A stretch of 63,920 bases of DNA, filler included, from Aduncisulcus paluster (GCA_024181965.1; 7 parts of 7 records of this genome joined end to end with filler, not necessarily neighbours in it); one strand, 5' to 3'. Positions 9,246 through 22,465 are shown, counted from the first letter of the whole stretch. Program-made: numbers and translations. Notes: a model not told the origin generated them from the sequence alone.

Positions 9246-11774
9246 CTATTTTCCATCAAAATCCTCAGCTCTTCTAAGAGCTCCAACTGCTCGAGAATAT
9301 TCATCAAAGAAATGTGTTTTTTTTCTACGATAAAATTTGATTATTTTTGAAAGAGAAGGTCTTTTCCATCCAGCACCAAGTTTTGGAAGTAGTAGATCTG
9401 GGTTTCTCCCGATGAAATCATCCACACGATACATCGCTTTCTCCACTTTTAGTCGTTCCTCGTCATTCTCAGCCGTGAGCTCTTTACAAATATCTGCCAA
9501 CAAGTTTGCCACTTCACGATAGGCACCATCTTGTATCCGAGTTAGGGTTTCGAATAATTGATATTTCCACAAGTCGAATATCGATTTCTCCTCAAAAACC
9601 TTAATACATTTTTCCACATCTATTTCAAGGTTCTGCCAGTATGACGAGGAGGATGAAGAGGAGGATGAAGAGGAGGAGGAAGAGGAGGATGAAGAGGAGG
9701 ATGAAGAGGAGGAGGAAGAGAAGGAAGCGGGAATAGAAAATGTTGGAGAAGTGGAAGAGAAGGAATCAAAGGAAGATGATGAGGAGGAGGCAGAAGAAGA
9801 AGAAGAAGAAGAAGAAGAAGAAGAAGAGGGAATAGAAGAGGAAGTGGAAGCGGAAGAAACTCCTGCTCTTTCTCTAAAAACATCATGGTCAAAAAGAGGA
9901 TTATGGCCATGAAATAAAGTTATGATACTCATTCCAAGGCTGAAAGCATCACTCTTCCTTGAAGAAGTTTTCCCACCACGAAGCAATTCTATTGAGATGT
10001 AGCCAGGGGTCCCACACGATAGCTTTCTTTTCTGAGGTGAAATAGTTGTCGCCGATTGGGATGAATGCTGGAGTTGAAAAGAATAAAGATACGATGTTGA
10101 GGAATTGGACACAGAATCCTTAATCTTGGCAAATCCCATATCACTAAGAAGGGTGGTGCACTTTGAACTATCAGGATGAACATGGATAAGGAAATTCTGA
10201 GGTTTTATGTCTCGGTGAGTGAGGTTTTTTTCTCCATCAAACACTGTACCAGCACATCGTATCATTTCGAGTGCAATCACTAAAATCTTAACAGGATCAT
10301 AGTCGAAGACTTCGCAATATTCTCCTTCTTCCTCATCTCGTTCATATTCTTGATCTTTACGACTCCAACTCTTTGCAAAGTCCATGACATTCCCACCAAG
10401 GCAAAATTCCATTAAAAAGCCGTAAACTCCCTTGTAATCCTCATTCAGAGAATCAAGAATGTACATGGGACGTGGAATATAGTGAAAACACATGGGGTTT
10501 GTGAATAAATTCATTTGGGTATAAAATTCTCTCCGACATATTTTGACAGTATCGTGATCTCCCTGGGTTACAATTAGTTTCAGAGCACAAGGGGATTTGA
10601 TACCCTTAATTTTAACAAGAAATACGTCTCCACATCCGCCATGTGCAATATAAGCGTAGAACTCAATATTATCAGCATCGAATAAGGAATAATTATTTTT
10701 TGATACCATATCTTTCTTCCGTTCACTTGGAGAAACTCTTTTGTTGTACTTACGTGGGTCAATACCTGTTGCTGATGTCTGATCTTCGTCACCCTCGAGG
10801 AGCTGCATCCGTTTATGCATTTCTTTAAATCCAAGAGGTGGCATATCAAGGCGAGAGGGCCATTCTTGGTCAATATTTGAAGAGGGATAATCGTAATATC
10901 GAGGTTTATAGGACATTGAAGAGGATTTCGAAGTTTGTGAAAAAGAAGAAAATGAGGAATGTGAGGAAGACGGAGAGATAATATCCGAAACACCATACTC
11001 ACTATATGAAGCACTCTCTACACGTAGAAGTGGTCTCTTAAGTTCACTTTCCGGAGATGATTGTTTGAATATTCCTTTAGGATTTGGACTCTTCCGAGAG
11101 GAGGGATTAAAATCCGGGTTAAAAGATTCCGAGGCGGATTCTTCATCCTCGTCCTTCTTCTGAAAGCCAGATTGAGAGTATTCCGAGGAGTCACGCTCTT
11201 TTTCGTCGGAATCTTCGATGGTAGAACGTGTACATCCACGATACTCATAACCATCCGAATGTCTTGAAGAGGAGCCGGCAAAAGATTGAGTATTTTTCTT
11301 GATTTGATTTGAGAGAAGGCGAATTCCATGAAAATACGGAGTGATCCCGGGATTTACACCTTCACATTCTAAAACGCACTTACTAACACCTTCTTTATCA
11401 ATTTCAAGATCATGCCATTCATATTCATTGCGGCTTGACATACTGGCAATCGAAAATATTATCAGTATCGGGCTACTGTACTGATCTGCAAAGTGGATTT
11501 GTATTTTTATGATTTTTGGCGTGCATGTTCTGCCGATACAAATTTGAATGCGATTAAGATTCTGAGAGTGTGAAAACGGCAGATGCATTTGGGAAAAAGC
11601 AATATGAGAGAGTCTAAAATTCAGGAATGGTATAATTGAGGGAGTAATATTTGTTTCCGAACGATTCTTGTCAGAGCCATATACATCTGAAGTATTAATT
11701 TCAATTGTCACCATTTCTGCTGTGGGACGAGCAATACCTCTTAAAATAAAGATTGACCGTGCATTTGGATGCAT
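9246..11774 (-). CDS. Divergent Ser/Thr protein kinase with N-terminal beta-sandwich-like domain and poly-Ser insert
   Basis: HGGCGDV, ALK, MEFCLGG, HRDIKPQN, DMG and GTPGYIS motifs; long poly-Ser tract at about 9640-9860. Confidence 0.85.
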   Translation of the reverse strand: MHPNARSIFILRGIARPTAEMVTIEINTSDVYGSDKNRSETNITPSIIPFLNFRLSHIAFSQMHLPFSHSQNLNRIQICIGRTCTPKIIKIQIHFADQYSSPILIIFSIASMSSRNEYEWHDLEIDKEGVSKCVLECEGVNPGITPYFHGIRLLSNQIKKNTQSFAGSSSRHSDGYEYRGCTRSTIEDSDEKERDSSEYSQSGFQKKDEDEESASESFNPDFNPSSRKSPNPKGIFKQSSPESELKRPLLRVESASYSEYGVSDIISPSSSHSSFSSFSQTSKSSSMSYKPRYYDYPSSNIDQEWPSRLDMPPLGFKEMHKRMQLLEGDEDQTSATGIDPRKYNKRVSPSERKKDMVSKNNYSLFDADNIEFYAYIAHGGCGDVFLVKIKGIKSPCALKLIVTQGDHDTVKICRREFYTQMNLFTNPMCFHYIPRPMYILDSLNEDYKGVYGFLMEFCLGGNVMDFAKSWSRKDQEYERDEEEGEYCEVFDYDPVKILVIALEMIRCAGTVFDGEKNLTHRDIKPQNFLIHVHPDSSKCTTLLSDMGFAKIKDSVSNSSTSYLYSFQLQHSSQSATTISPQKRKLSCGTPGYISIELLRGGKTSSRKSDAFSLGMSIITLFHGHNPLFDHDVFRERAGVSSASTSSSIPSSSSSSSSSSSSASSSSSSFDSFSSTSPTFSIPASFSSSSSSSSSSSSSSSSSSSSSSSSSSYWQNLEIDVEKCIKVFEEKSIFDLWKYQLFETLTRIQDGAYREVANLLADICKELTAENDEERLKVEKAMYRVDDFIGRNPDLLLPKLGAGWKRPSLSKIIKFYRRKKTHFFDEYSRAVGALRRAEDFDGK

Positions 11775-12437
11775 ATATTACAAAAATAGATTGATTTTGC
11801 TTTGATAGAAAATGTAATAGATATTTTGTTCAGTATAGAATGACAGAAATATAAAAATTGATATAAAAATTGGAAAATAGTCGGAAAATACAAGTAAGAA
11901 CATATAATCATGATAAAAGTTCAATAAAATGTTTTTTTTTTTCAGTGACATACTCAATTTTGTTTCAAAATTAATTCGGTATACATTTTCCTCAGAAATA
12001 TCACAACTGGAATCTATCAAACTTCTATTCAAGAGATAATTCAACATTAGAAACTTATATTGCCTTTTGTTTTCAAAGGAGGGGAATAAGGAAAGAATAA
12101 TTTTCTGTGGGGATCAGTGATTGTCCTGAAGATGATTTATTTTTCGCAAATCAGGTTGATCAAAAGAATGGCGAGGCATTTGCATGATTATTCCCTCTGG
12201 ATGTGCACAGAAATGATTTTATCATGAAAATAGTCGGAACATTCTTCCAAGGCCTGAGAATGAAAATTAATGGGATATTTAGATACATATATTTATATAA
12301 TATAATAATATGTAAGTATTATATAAATTATTATTTAATAACAGCTGTAATAGATTGAAAATATTGAATGAAAATGGAACCACGTTTGACATCGAGTGAT
12401 TGCTAAATATTATTAAGCTTAAGGCATTGATTACGGC

Positions 12438-15400
12438 TTAATCATACTCTTCGTCGTCATGGAACTGTGCCTCTCCAATTGAAGCATCTGCGTTTCCTGT
12501 GAATGGCTCTTGTAATGGTGACAGTTCACGTATTTCGGGGACAGCATTATTCCCAGCTGGTTGCATCATTCTTGGAGAACGCACCACAGTGGGAGAAGAA
12601 TAATATGCGTTGTTGCTCTGCTCGTAAAGTTTCCTGAGTTTTGCATAAGAAACTTTTTCCTTCGAAAGAGCAATGGCGGAAGAAGCTGAATGAGACGAAA
12701 CGCATTTAGCGATAATCAAAATAATTCCCAGAGCAACAGCCCCACCTCCAGCACCGACTCCAACGTAAATAAGCGCCTGAGTGTAGTCGGGATCAGGTAA
12801 TTCTGCCTCAGTTTTAGTGTAATTCTTAACAGAATAACGCGCAACTATTCTATAAATAGATCCCGTAGATATGGAGCATTTCACCCATTTCACATCATCT
12901 TCCGTTACAAGAGAGCAGAAATTTGTTGAAAAACTATCTCCATTAATGTCTTGCAGGACCTCCCATTCCTTTGTGCTATCATCGAACTTGAACACTCCAA
13001 AAGAGTAGTATTCATCAACGGTGTACTGGAGTTTGTCCTCAGAAAGAACACGAAGCTCAACAGCAGTCCCATCCATCGGAACAAAAGCTGGACCATCATG
13101 GAGGGTGTTACCATCAACGGTGGCAGCTGAAGATAGCTCTCCAGGTATTACAGTTGTCAAATGGGCTCCATTAGGATCATCAATGACGTCCACAGTCACC
13201 AACAAGGGAGATAAAATCTCATGGACATGATCATAGACTCCTTCCTCATCCAGAGCAGTGTATTCATCCTCGGGAATAACATAGCTAGTCGAGTCCAGTT
13301 GGTACAAGTGTACATTCACTCTGCCTGATAGGTGATCACTGTCAGCACGGAGATCAGCAGTGCTAATGGTTGCAGAGAAAGCCGCAGGACTATCAACAGT
13401 GAGCTCTGTGTTGGAAAAGTTTGGAATACGAGCCTCAATTTCACTAGTGGAGGTCACCCAGGATGATGAACCAGCCACATTAAGTACATCGCATACAAGT
13501 TGTTCGGAATGCGAAGCAGTGTCTCTCTTGTTCCACTCTTGAAGCATATATGGCATGTAATCCAGCCCAGCGATTGTATTGGAGGTTGTCGCAGTTGAAG
13601 AGGAGAAGGAGGACACAGCGGCGAGAGCAGATATGTACGAGGAACAGGCTGCAACTGAAGATGTAGCAATCACTTCAATGTCTTGGTCTATCATAGAGAA
13701 GCATGAAGCAGCAAGACTCGTGAACAAACTGGGCAAATAATCCTCTGACAAGGTTGTTCTGAGTCCCTGGGCAGTCATTGAGGGAGGATCAGGGATAGTA
13801 TGCTCAGTATCACTGGGATAGGCGAGGTAGTAAGCAATATCAGCAGTGTAGACAAGAGGAGGCAGTGAGAATCTTGAGAGAACAGTCCGCAGAACACCCA
13901 GGATTTCATCAGACTCGTCTTTACAGACAAGACCTTCATTGTGAAGAGCGATAAATGGAATCGCAGAGCCCAATTGCAAGACACTCTGGACAAGCGCTTG
14001 GGATTCTTGGCGAGTTAGAGGCGAAGCAAACAAAAAGTCAATACCAGTCAATATTTTACCCAAGATAGATGATCCACAAACCCAATTACCTCCAGTGTTA
14101 CTAACAACAGCCGCTGGGAATGTCATTTCATGGATCAGAGAAGACATCATGAGCAAATACTGAGATACTTGATGGTGATCACCGAGATTCATGGCAAATT
14201 CGAATTTATACAGCAGTTTCTCAACAGTTACGATCACTTCCCACTGCGATACCTTGTTGTAGGTGACATCCATAGCACTACTGACGTGTGAAACGGAAGT
14301 AAATCTCCTTGAGTCGTGAGGATCAAGAACAACACGAATCTCAGCTTTACGAGTCAAAGTAAGGGTCGATTGTGGGAATATTGAGCAAGGAATCATAGCT
14401 GAGTAACCGTCGTTCAGTCTTGTGTGTGGTAATGGCATCCAACTTCCCTTTCTACCGGATGAATCGACATATCTGACCTCATATCTGTAGGAAAATGCAT
14501 GATACGAAGAATAAGTACCATATATAGTGTGATAAATACGTATGTTGCCAGCCTTCCCACACGTGAAAGTGTCGTCATCAGCTCTCGACTCAATTGTAAG
14601 GCCAAGGGCACTGGGAGGAATCATTGGAGGTTGGAACCATATCGGCAATGACATTGTGATAGAGTTTGAGTAAGGAATGGTGGCAGAAAGTGACACTTCG
14701 AGTGTATGGAATCTACCCGAGGCATACATGAGATCCTCAAGTATAACAGCCCCAAGATCTCCACCTCCACTCACATTATCGTTATTCATTGTCAGAGTAT
14801 TGATGATACCATGGGACTGGGAAGATATGAGAGTTGTCTCATGGAAGAAATACGACGAATTGAACCCACTCTGAGTGAAATCAGAGTCTGTCCACAACGA
14901 TGACTCGTCAATCTCACTGAAATCAACGTACATATATTTGCCCCAATGGCCAATAGTCTCATCCATCGAAGTGGTCTCAAAAGCATCGAGATAACCACCT
15001 GTTTTGAACAAAACGGGAGTCATAGCTGCGTTCTTATCGGTATTATCCACAACATAGAGACGAACACAGTCGATTAGAGAATAATCCTCTCCAAGTTGTT
15101 CAATATCAACATCAAGAACAGCTAATACCTCAGGTTCCATGGGTACAACACTCCTGACACACACATCGACATCGACATAGCTCAGGTCAGCCGTTACAGT
15201 CCCGTTAACAGCAACTTCAGCACAAGAAGCGAAATCACTGTAATAAGTAGCCATATCGGCATCAGATAAGGGAGATATGGCAATATCGCCATGCACAAGA
15301 TCTCCAGCGTTGCTCTTACCATTCCTGGAAGTGTTAGAAAGGTATGAATATGTTGACCAACTTTCATTCATAGCTGTTACAATATCATCAGTAAAAGAAG

Positions 15401-17817
15401 GGATGTTTTGTGTCATTGCGACACACCAAGTACCCAAATTAATACTTTCGCCAGCACGAACGACAGCTCCACCGATGGAATCGACCTGGATGAGTTGAGG
15501 CAATGTAGGAACGAGTTTAAACACAATTGGTTGAGGGATGTCAACGGACATGGAGTATTCGTTGTCTGGATCACCTGAAGTATACGACAGAGTGATATCA
15601 GCATCGAGGGACACGTCACATGAATATNNNNNNNNNNNNNNNNNNNNTAATACTTTCGCCAGCACGAACGACAGCTCCACCGATGGAATCGACCTGGATG
15701 AGTTGAGGCAATGTAGGAACGAGTTTAAACACAATTGGTTGAGGGATGTCAACGGACATGGAGTATTCGTTGTCTGGATCACCTGAAGTATACGACAGAG
15801 TGATATCAGCATCGAGGGACACGTCACATGAATATGTTCCCCCACTAACGAATGATGGAGCAGACTGCATTGTCCCAGAAAGATGGTCAATCTCAATGCC
15901 ATATTCTGAGGAGGAGAATCCAGAGGCATGCTTGGTCATGGAACTGTATGACAAAGTACAATCCCACTGCCAAGCAACATTATCAACGCTCCAATACACA
16001 CTGTCACCTCCACACGTGTCCACGACAAGATGGTTGTACACTGAAAATGGTCTGGTGGATGAATATACCCGGTTGGCAAAGGGCACTGGGAATAGCGTCA
16101 ACGATGGAGCACCATTGAGAGAACCGACTGAGAATTCAATGTCAAAGTCAGCAGAAGCATCGTCAATAGCTTCACTATCAGTGTGACGCAGTGTCAAATC
16201 AACACGAATGGACGTGTTACCAATGGTGTAATCATCTAGAATGTCAATGTTTGGATCAGTTCCAGAGAGAACAGAACTATCGGCGTCCAAATCAGCACTC
16301 TGGTACAAGTCATAGTCCAGGAGATACTTCCCCCACCCCGAGGCATCGATATGAGAGGTCTGAATAAGGACTCCGTTGCACCCAGAGAGGGAAGAAGGCA
16401 AGTAGAGCTCTCCGGAAGTATTTGTGATATCAAGACCATCAGAAGCAGAGGAGAAGAGTTGGTTACTAGCATTTAAATATCCCGTGGTGGCTTCACTTAT
16501 CACAGTCTTTGTGCTGTCGCCCTGGAGTTTCAACGTATTGTCACTTCGGCCGAGAGAAGTCTCAACTGGATCGGGATAAATATCAATGCACATGCCATTC
16601 TTACACATCACACAGAGTCCATCTGTTCCGATGGTGCCATATGTATCATCGGTTGTATCGCTCTCATCATACAATATACCTTTGCATGAAGCAGCAGTGG
16701 TCGAGGCAATGGAGGTGTCGGTTGTGGAGGATAAACTCAGTTTATGATCAAAGATAAGTCTTATCCCTCTTCCTTCGTCAATCGTAACGACACCTATCTT
16801 CGTTGGGGTGTCTTTAATCGAACAATCACTGCCATCAAACCAAGGAAAACATTGACAGCCAGTTCCACTGATACATACCCCATTATCACTACATTGATCA
16901 CTGGCATCACAGGAAGTCACCGAATCGGTGCATGTATCACCACTGAATCCCTCGGGACACTGGCACACTCCGAACAGACACATTCCGCCATTCTCACAAG
17001 GAGCTGAACATGGAGTCACCATAGTTACACTTGAACAATCTCCACCGTACCTAAACTCATCACATACAGTGCTTGTAGCACCATCGTATCCACCAACACA
17101 GGATATGGGCTCGGTTACGGCCACATCACATGCAGGGATTTCACAACGATCCCCACTCCATGTCCCACAGTCCCAATCTCCCGTATCGCCATCACATTCT
17201 CCATGCAGTTTGTATAGGGACTTTTCTGATGTGCAAATGGGAATATCGCAATCATCACCAGTCCAAGTAACGGGAGGATCACCAGTATTGTCGAGATTAC
17301 AATCCCAGTATCTCTCAGTCCCATCACCGGCCACACATCCACCGTGAAGCTTATCTAAGGAAATGTCTTCATCACAGACGGGAGTTTCACAACAATCTCC
17401 TTCCCACTCACCTTCAGTGACACTATATAGATCGCAAGACCAGGAACCATCATCAAGTTCACCTCCATGCTGGTAATCATCACAGATTGGAATGTCACAA
17501 TCGCCTTCCTGCTTCCACATGTCATTTGAAAGATCGAGATTGCAGTCCCATTCCCGCTCTGTTCCGTCTCCTGCAACACAACCTCCATTAACTTTTCCAT
17601 CCGACAATTCCGAAGGGCATACCGCTTCATCACAACAATATCCTGTCCATTCTCCTTCAGTTGCAGAATTAGCATTGCAATCCCAAACACCATCAACTTC
17701 AGCACCATGTTCATAACTTGAACATTCAGATGAAATAAACGATGGGAAAATCGCTATTATTAAAAATAAAATGTTTATAAAAAACAAAAAATTCAGTTTT
17801 TCTCTTATACAGGGCAT
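12438..17817 (-). CDS. Large type-I membrane protein (about 1,723 aa): signal peptide, Cys-rich/EGF-like repeats, REJ/GPS-like region, single TM
   Basis: ORFs 15616-17817 and 12438-15929 join into one 5,172-nt frame once the 20-N gap and the duplicated 188 bp (15440-15627 = 15648-15835) are removed. EGF-like CENGGMCLFGVCQCPEGFSGDTC; TM ALIYVGVGAGGGAVALGIILII. Confidence 0.8.
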
Positions 17818-18620
17818 AATCTAATTTATAACCAAGATAGTTTAGTATTTTGATAAAGGAATTCTTAATACAAATAGAAATAAAAATATTATTAAGAAAA
17901 TAGAATAACTTTGTTTTATATTATTGAGCTGTTAGCAAAAAACGCACCAATCAGTGTCGGGCAAGAAATAATGCCGTTTCAGGGCATTGATGAAATAGAA
18001 GATGATAACAACGTAATGTTATAAAATCTATTTTCATAGAACATGGGAAAAATGTTTATTTCATGACGAAACTGGAACTGATAGTATTGGGCGAGATCTA
18101 TCGGATTTTACATCTCTAAAAAGATCATTCTACTTTAATTAATTGAAAAACCGGACCAATAATTGTTTTTAGAACTGTAGAGAGCGAGATTACATTTCTA
18201 CCTTCCCTTCGATCTCACTGACATTGATTTGATAAATAAAGCTTCATTTGATAACTGGGAAAGGAGTTTGGGGATGATCCAGACTGGTATACGATCCAAT
18301 CCCTTCGTTTTATCCACAAAGAAACTTAGACTGAAATTTAGTTTTCTATTTTGGAAATGTTACATGACTTATGTGTATAGTATAGTCAATATTTCCACCA
18401 GTCAAAGTCGAATCGTTCAACCCCATCCTCCTCATTCTGTACTGTGAGAATATATGCTCTTCCTATTGACCCTTGTAATACAACGATCGTATGGCCACGA
18501 TCCACTTCAAGATATGTTGCTCATTAAAAGCTCTCAGAGAGGGATTGAATCGTGGAAATGACAGAATGAAACAATTGGTCAAGGTAGCACAAAAATTCAT
18601 CAACATTCCGGCAATTAGTG

Positions 18621-19412
18621 CTATTTCAGTTCTCCACAATCGGCAATCACGACCTTTGATCTTGGCTTTCCACTCAATCTACCAACAGCTTCAATCTGCT
18701 TGAGAACATCTTTCCCACTATGAACAATCCCAAAGGCAACATATTTCCCTTGCAACCACGAACAAGCATCAAATGTGACAAAGAATTGTGACCCATTCGT
18801 GTTCTTTCCACAGTTGGACATCCCAAGAGTATACGGGGCATCATATGCCACANNNNNNNNNNNNNNNNNNNNGGCAATCACGACCTTTGATCTTGGCTTT
18901 CCACTCAATCTACCAACAGCTTCAATCTGCTTGAGAACATCTTTCCCACTATGAACAATCCCAAAGGCAACATATTTCCCTTGCAACCACGAACAAGCAT
19001 CAAATGTGACAAAGAATTGTGACCCATTCGTGTTCTTTCCACAGTTGGACATCCCAAGAGTATACGGGGCATCATATGCCACATCAAAGCTTTCATCTGC
19101 GAATGTCCGGCCATCAATAGCCGAATATCCTCCACTACCTTCCATCCCTTCCGTACTCGTGATGTCACCTCCTTGCATACAGAAATAAGGGATGATTTTG
19201 AAAATGGAAGATCCTTTAAGACTGAGTGGTTTTCCAATCCCTGGAATTCTACTTGCTTCACCTGTGCATAATAATCGGAAATTTTCACACGTTTTTGGAC
19301 ACTTACTTGAGAATAAATCAAACACAATCCGGCCAACAGGTTTATCATCAATATTCATATCAAAGAATACTTGAGTTACCATTTTATGAGAATATGATGA
19401 CCCTAAATCCAT
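18621..19412 (-). CDS. Cyclophilin-type PPIase domain protein (about 176-186 aa after removing the assembly duplication)
   Basis: VFFDMNID, CPKTCENFRLLCTGE, QGGD, NTNGSQFF and WLQGKYVAFG. 18642-18852 duplicates 18873-19083 across a 20-N gap. Confidence 0.92.
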   Translation of the reverse strand: MDLGSSYSHKMVTQVFFDMNIDDKPVGRIVFDLFSSKCPKTCENFRLLCTGEASRIPGIGKPLSLKGSSIFKIIPYFCMQGGDITSTEGMEGSGGYSAIDGRTFADESFDVAYDAPYTLGMSNCGKNTNGSQFFVTFDACSWLQGKYVAFGIVHSGKDVLKQIEAVGRLSGKPRSKVVIAXXXXXXXVAYDAPYTLGMSNCGKNTNGSQFFVTFDACSWLQGKYVAFGIVHSGKDVLKQIEAVGRLSGKPRSKVVIADCGELK

Positions 19413-20087
19413 ATTAAAATACTATTAATCTGATATATCTACAAGAAAAACAAAGTTTCATTTTTTCCTACTAACTACAACTAAATGAAAATCAATAATG
19501 ATAGAATTGAGTTGATAACTATATTATAAATGCTTTTAACAAAATATTTACATTGTATTTTATTGAATTTAAGACAAATCAATATTTTGAGTAGTATTAT
19601 GTTTATAAAACCATATTGAAGCCTTTAAATGGCAAGAGAGATCGTCATTATTTGGAACACATGCAATATTTAATGTTACTCTTAAACATTTCAAATCTGT
19701 TTTGTTGTTCAAATAGAGCTGTCGAAAAGGATTTTATCCATCATCAAGAATAATCAAATATTATGGTATTTTAAAATTTAAACATTAAAGCGCATTCTTA
19801 TTTTCATTTAATCCCACACAATTCCCCAGTTTTACCCACCATCCCCAAAAAATTGAAATTGACTCGTTATTATCCATTGATTTGGTTCACAATCAAACGT
19901 ATGTCAAGTTTTAATGTGTTTTTAATCTCCATGTTATGGTAGGATATGATTATTTATTCACGATATCTATTTGCATTCGTTCAATACCTGGATGGTTGTT
20001 GTTATTGCTGATCCCCATTCGATAATGCTCTATTTTTTATAATTTTCTCTCTAGAAACTTCCTTTGAAATTCGGTTTAAAAGGGAAT

Positions 20088-22365
20088 ATGAGTGAATTTG
20101 ATACCATTTCTTTTGAAGGTGAATTTCTAAAATGTAAGAAATATCCACTTTCAATCGAGGAACTCATTGCTAAACCTCACGATAGCAGTGATGGATTGAA
20201 AAATCTTCTTGATCAGAACCCTTCAACTTATTGGCAATCAGATGTGAGTTGTAAAAAGCAATTACTCACAATATCATTTCATTCTCCAGTTTTTGTTGGA
20301 AATTTATTCATTCACACATCTAAAGAAGACTCAGGCTATTATTATTATCTACCAAAAGACATTTCAATAACTTTTATTTCGCCTGACTCAACACGTGAGA
20401 GGGTTGATGGTCGTTTGCAATACAATTCATGTTCTGTAACACCTCATCCTTCGCCAGATCATCTTTGTAAGTCAGTGGAGATTCGTGTTAAGAATACTCA
20501 TTGGGGCGGCGTTGGCTATAGTTTTCGGATTTATAATCTTGGGATTGAGGAAAATGAGGAAGAAAGGAAGAAGAGAGAGGAAGAAAGGAAGAAGATAGAG
20601 GAAGAAAAGAAGAAGAGAGAGGAAGAAAGAAAGAAGAGAGAGGAAGAAAGAAAACAAGAAAGACATTCTGAATTCTTAGAATTCTTTTCAACTTCTATTG
20701 GGATATTTCAAGATAGAATAGCATTTCTTGAATCCCAACTAGCAACTGAACGTCTGACGGCTGCAACTGAACGTCAAGCAGCTGCAACTGAACGTCTTTC
20801 TCTTGAACGATCAATCAAATCCCTCCAACTTGAGCTGTCGTGTGTGTCTGCTCGTGTTGATGGTGGGACAGCCACAATCTCTCCTTCTCTCCAGTCTTCA
20901 TATGACTCTACTGTTGTCCAACGAAATGCTGTGCTCTCCCGTGTTGACAAGTACATTGATTCCTCGATATCAGATGTGTCGAAGTGCACGACTTCTCTCC
21001 TTGTCTCGAGTATCCCTCGTTCTCTGTGGCATGTGCAGAGTAATGGCAGTGATGGTTCCACTGTTCTTGTCCTTCGTGCCTTGAGTTTCTTACGATTCTT
21101 GGATGATTGTCCCCTTGTTGCATCCTCTTCTTCCTTTGATTCTTCTTCTTCATCTTCATCCTCTTCTTCCTCCTCTGTTCCACCAATGATGTGTAACCTT
21201 CATGAATGTATCCGTGTCATGACTCGTGATCTCTGTAGTGTCTCATCAAAACCCTCAGCGTCATCAACATCCCTTGATCAAGTTGAACCATTCCCTTGCA
21301 AACTCTCTCCACATTTCATTATATCTGAGTGCAAGTCGCCTATTCCCGATATCCCTTGTCTCTCCACTCTGAACGAGAGGATCCAGTATCTTGAGTCAAT
21401 CGCTTCTCGTGTGTGTTCATCTCTAACCCCCACCAATGTTTCCTGTATTATCACCACAGGTCAGCATTGTATCTCTCAACTTGCTCTTCTCCTGTCCCAT
21501 GCCGTTGGGATTGTTGATAGTGAGTGCAGATCTTCTTGTGACACCACAGCTCCTGGAGGTTGCAAATGTCCTGTTCCACCCGCTTCTTCCTCATCTGCTA
21601 CAAGTCTTCTCTCTGCATGTGACAATGTGTCTGCACTCCTTTCCAATTGTTTGAATAGCTTTGCTTCCAGTGCTCGCAGATTCACAGATCGAGTTGAACA
21701 ATATGAAACTGCAAGTGACCACTCCTGTGTTTCTTTCTCTGATCTTTCTGTCTGTTCTGATTGTACTGTTGATAGTGGAGGTGAGAAGGATGACAACAAG
21801 AACAATACTGACACTTGTACCGATATTCCTAGCTGGAGTGCAAAACTTCTTCTTGGTTCTTCCGGGAGTGATGTTTGGAGCAATGTTCTCTCTGAGTTGG
21901 GATGTTCTGTGTCTTCTCATGATTCTTGTGATAGTTCTTCTTCTTCTGCTGCTGCTTCTTCTTCTTCTGCTTCTTCTACTACTTCAAAGGATTCAGGTGA
22001 GCATTGTGACGATGACAAAGCTGCGGATGACGGTCTGACATCTTGTTCAACATCTTGCTCAACACCTTGGTCTGCTTCCATCTTGTCTTCCAAGTTCTTA
22101 CCATCACTCCATTCTGACATTTCCTCTCCTGTGATGCCATCGAGCTCATCAACTTCCTCTTTATCCCCATCCTCATCTCCATCTTTGTCTGCTCATTCAA
22201 GACATGCTGCTACATCTGACACACTTCACAACACACTGAGTGGCATGTCTGCCTCAAGTGTATCTAACTTACACACCAACCATCTCTCCTCCATCAAGAA
22301 CCTCAATGGTTGTCTTGATAAGCTTGGTGAGTATGTGTGTTCATATATTGTCCCATGTCTATCAC
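20088..22365 (+). CDS. Hypothetical protein: N-terminal DOC/APC10-like (galactose-binding-like) domain, coiled coil, Ser/Cys-rich region; 3' truncated
   Basis: NLLDQNPSTYWQSD motif, EEERKKR x4 (21-bp repeat at about 20556-20650); frame open to the contig end. Confidence 0.6.
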
Positions 22366-22465
22366 NNNNNNNNNNNNNNNNNNNNNNNNNNNNNNNNNNN
22401 NNNNNNNNNTTAATTAATTAANNNNNNNNNNNNNNNNNNNNNNNNNNNNNNNNNNNNNNNNNNNN
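22366..22465. other. Artificial contig linker
   Basis: N44-TTAATTAATTAA-N44, which places stops in all six frames. Confidence 0.98.

Noticed and set aside
18642-19083. Apparent tandem-domain cyclophilin
   Set aside because: Identical 211-bp copies either side of a 20-N gap; assembly overlap.
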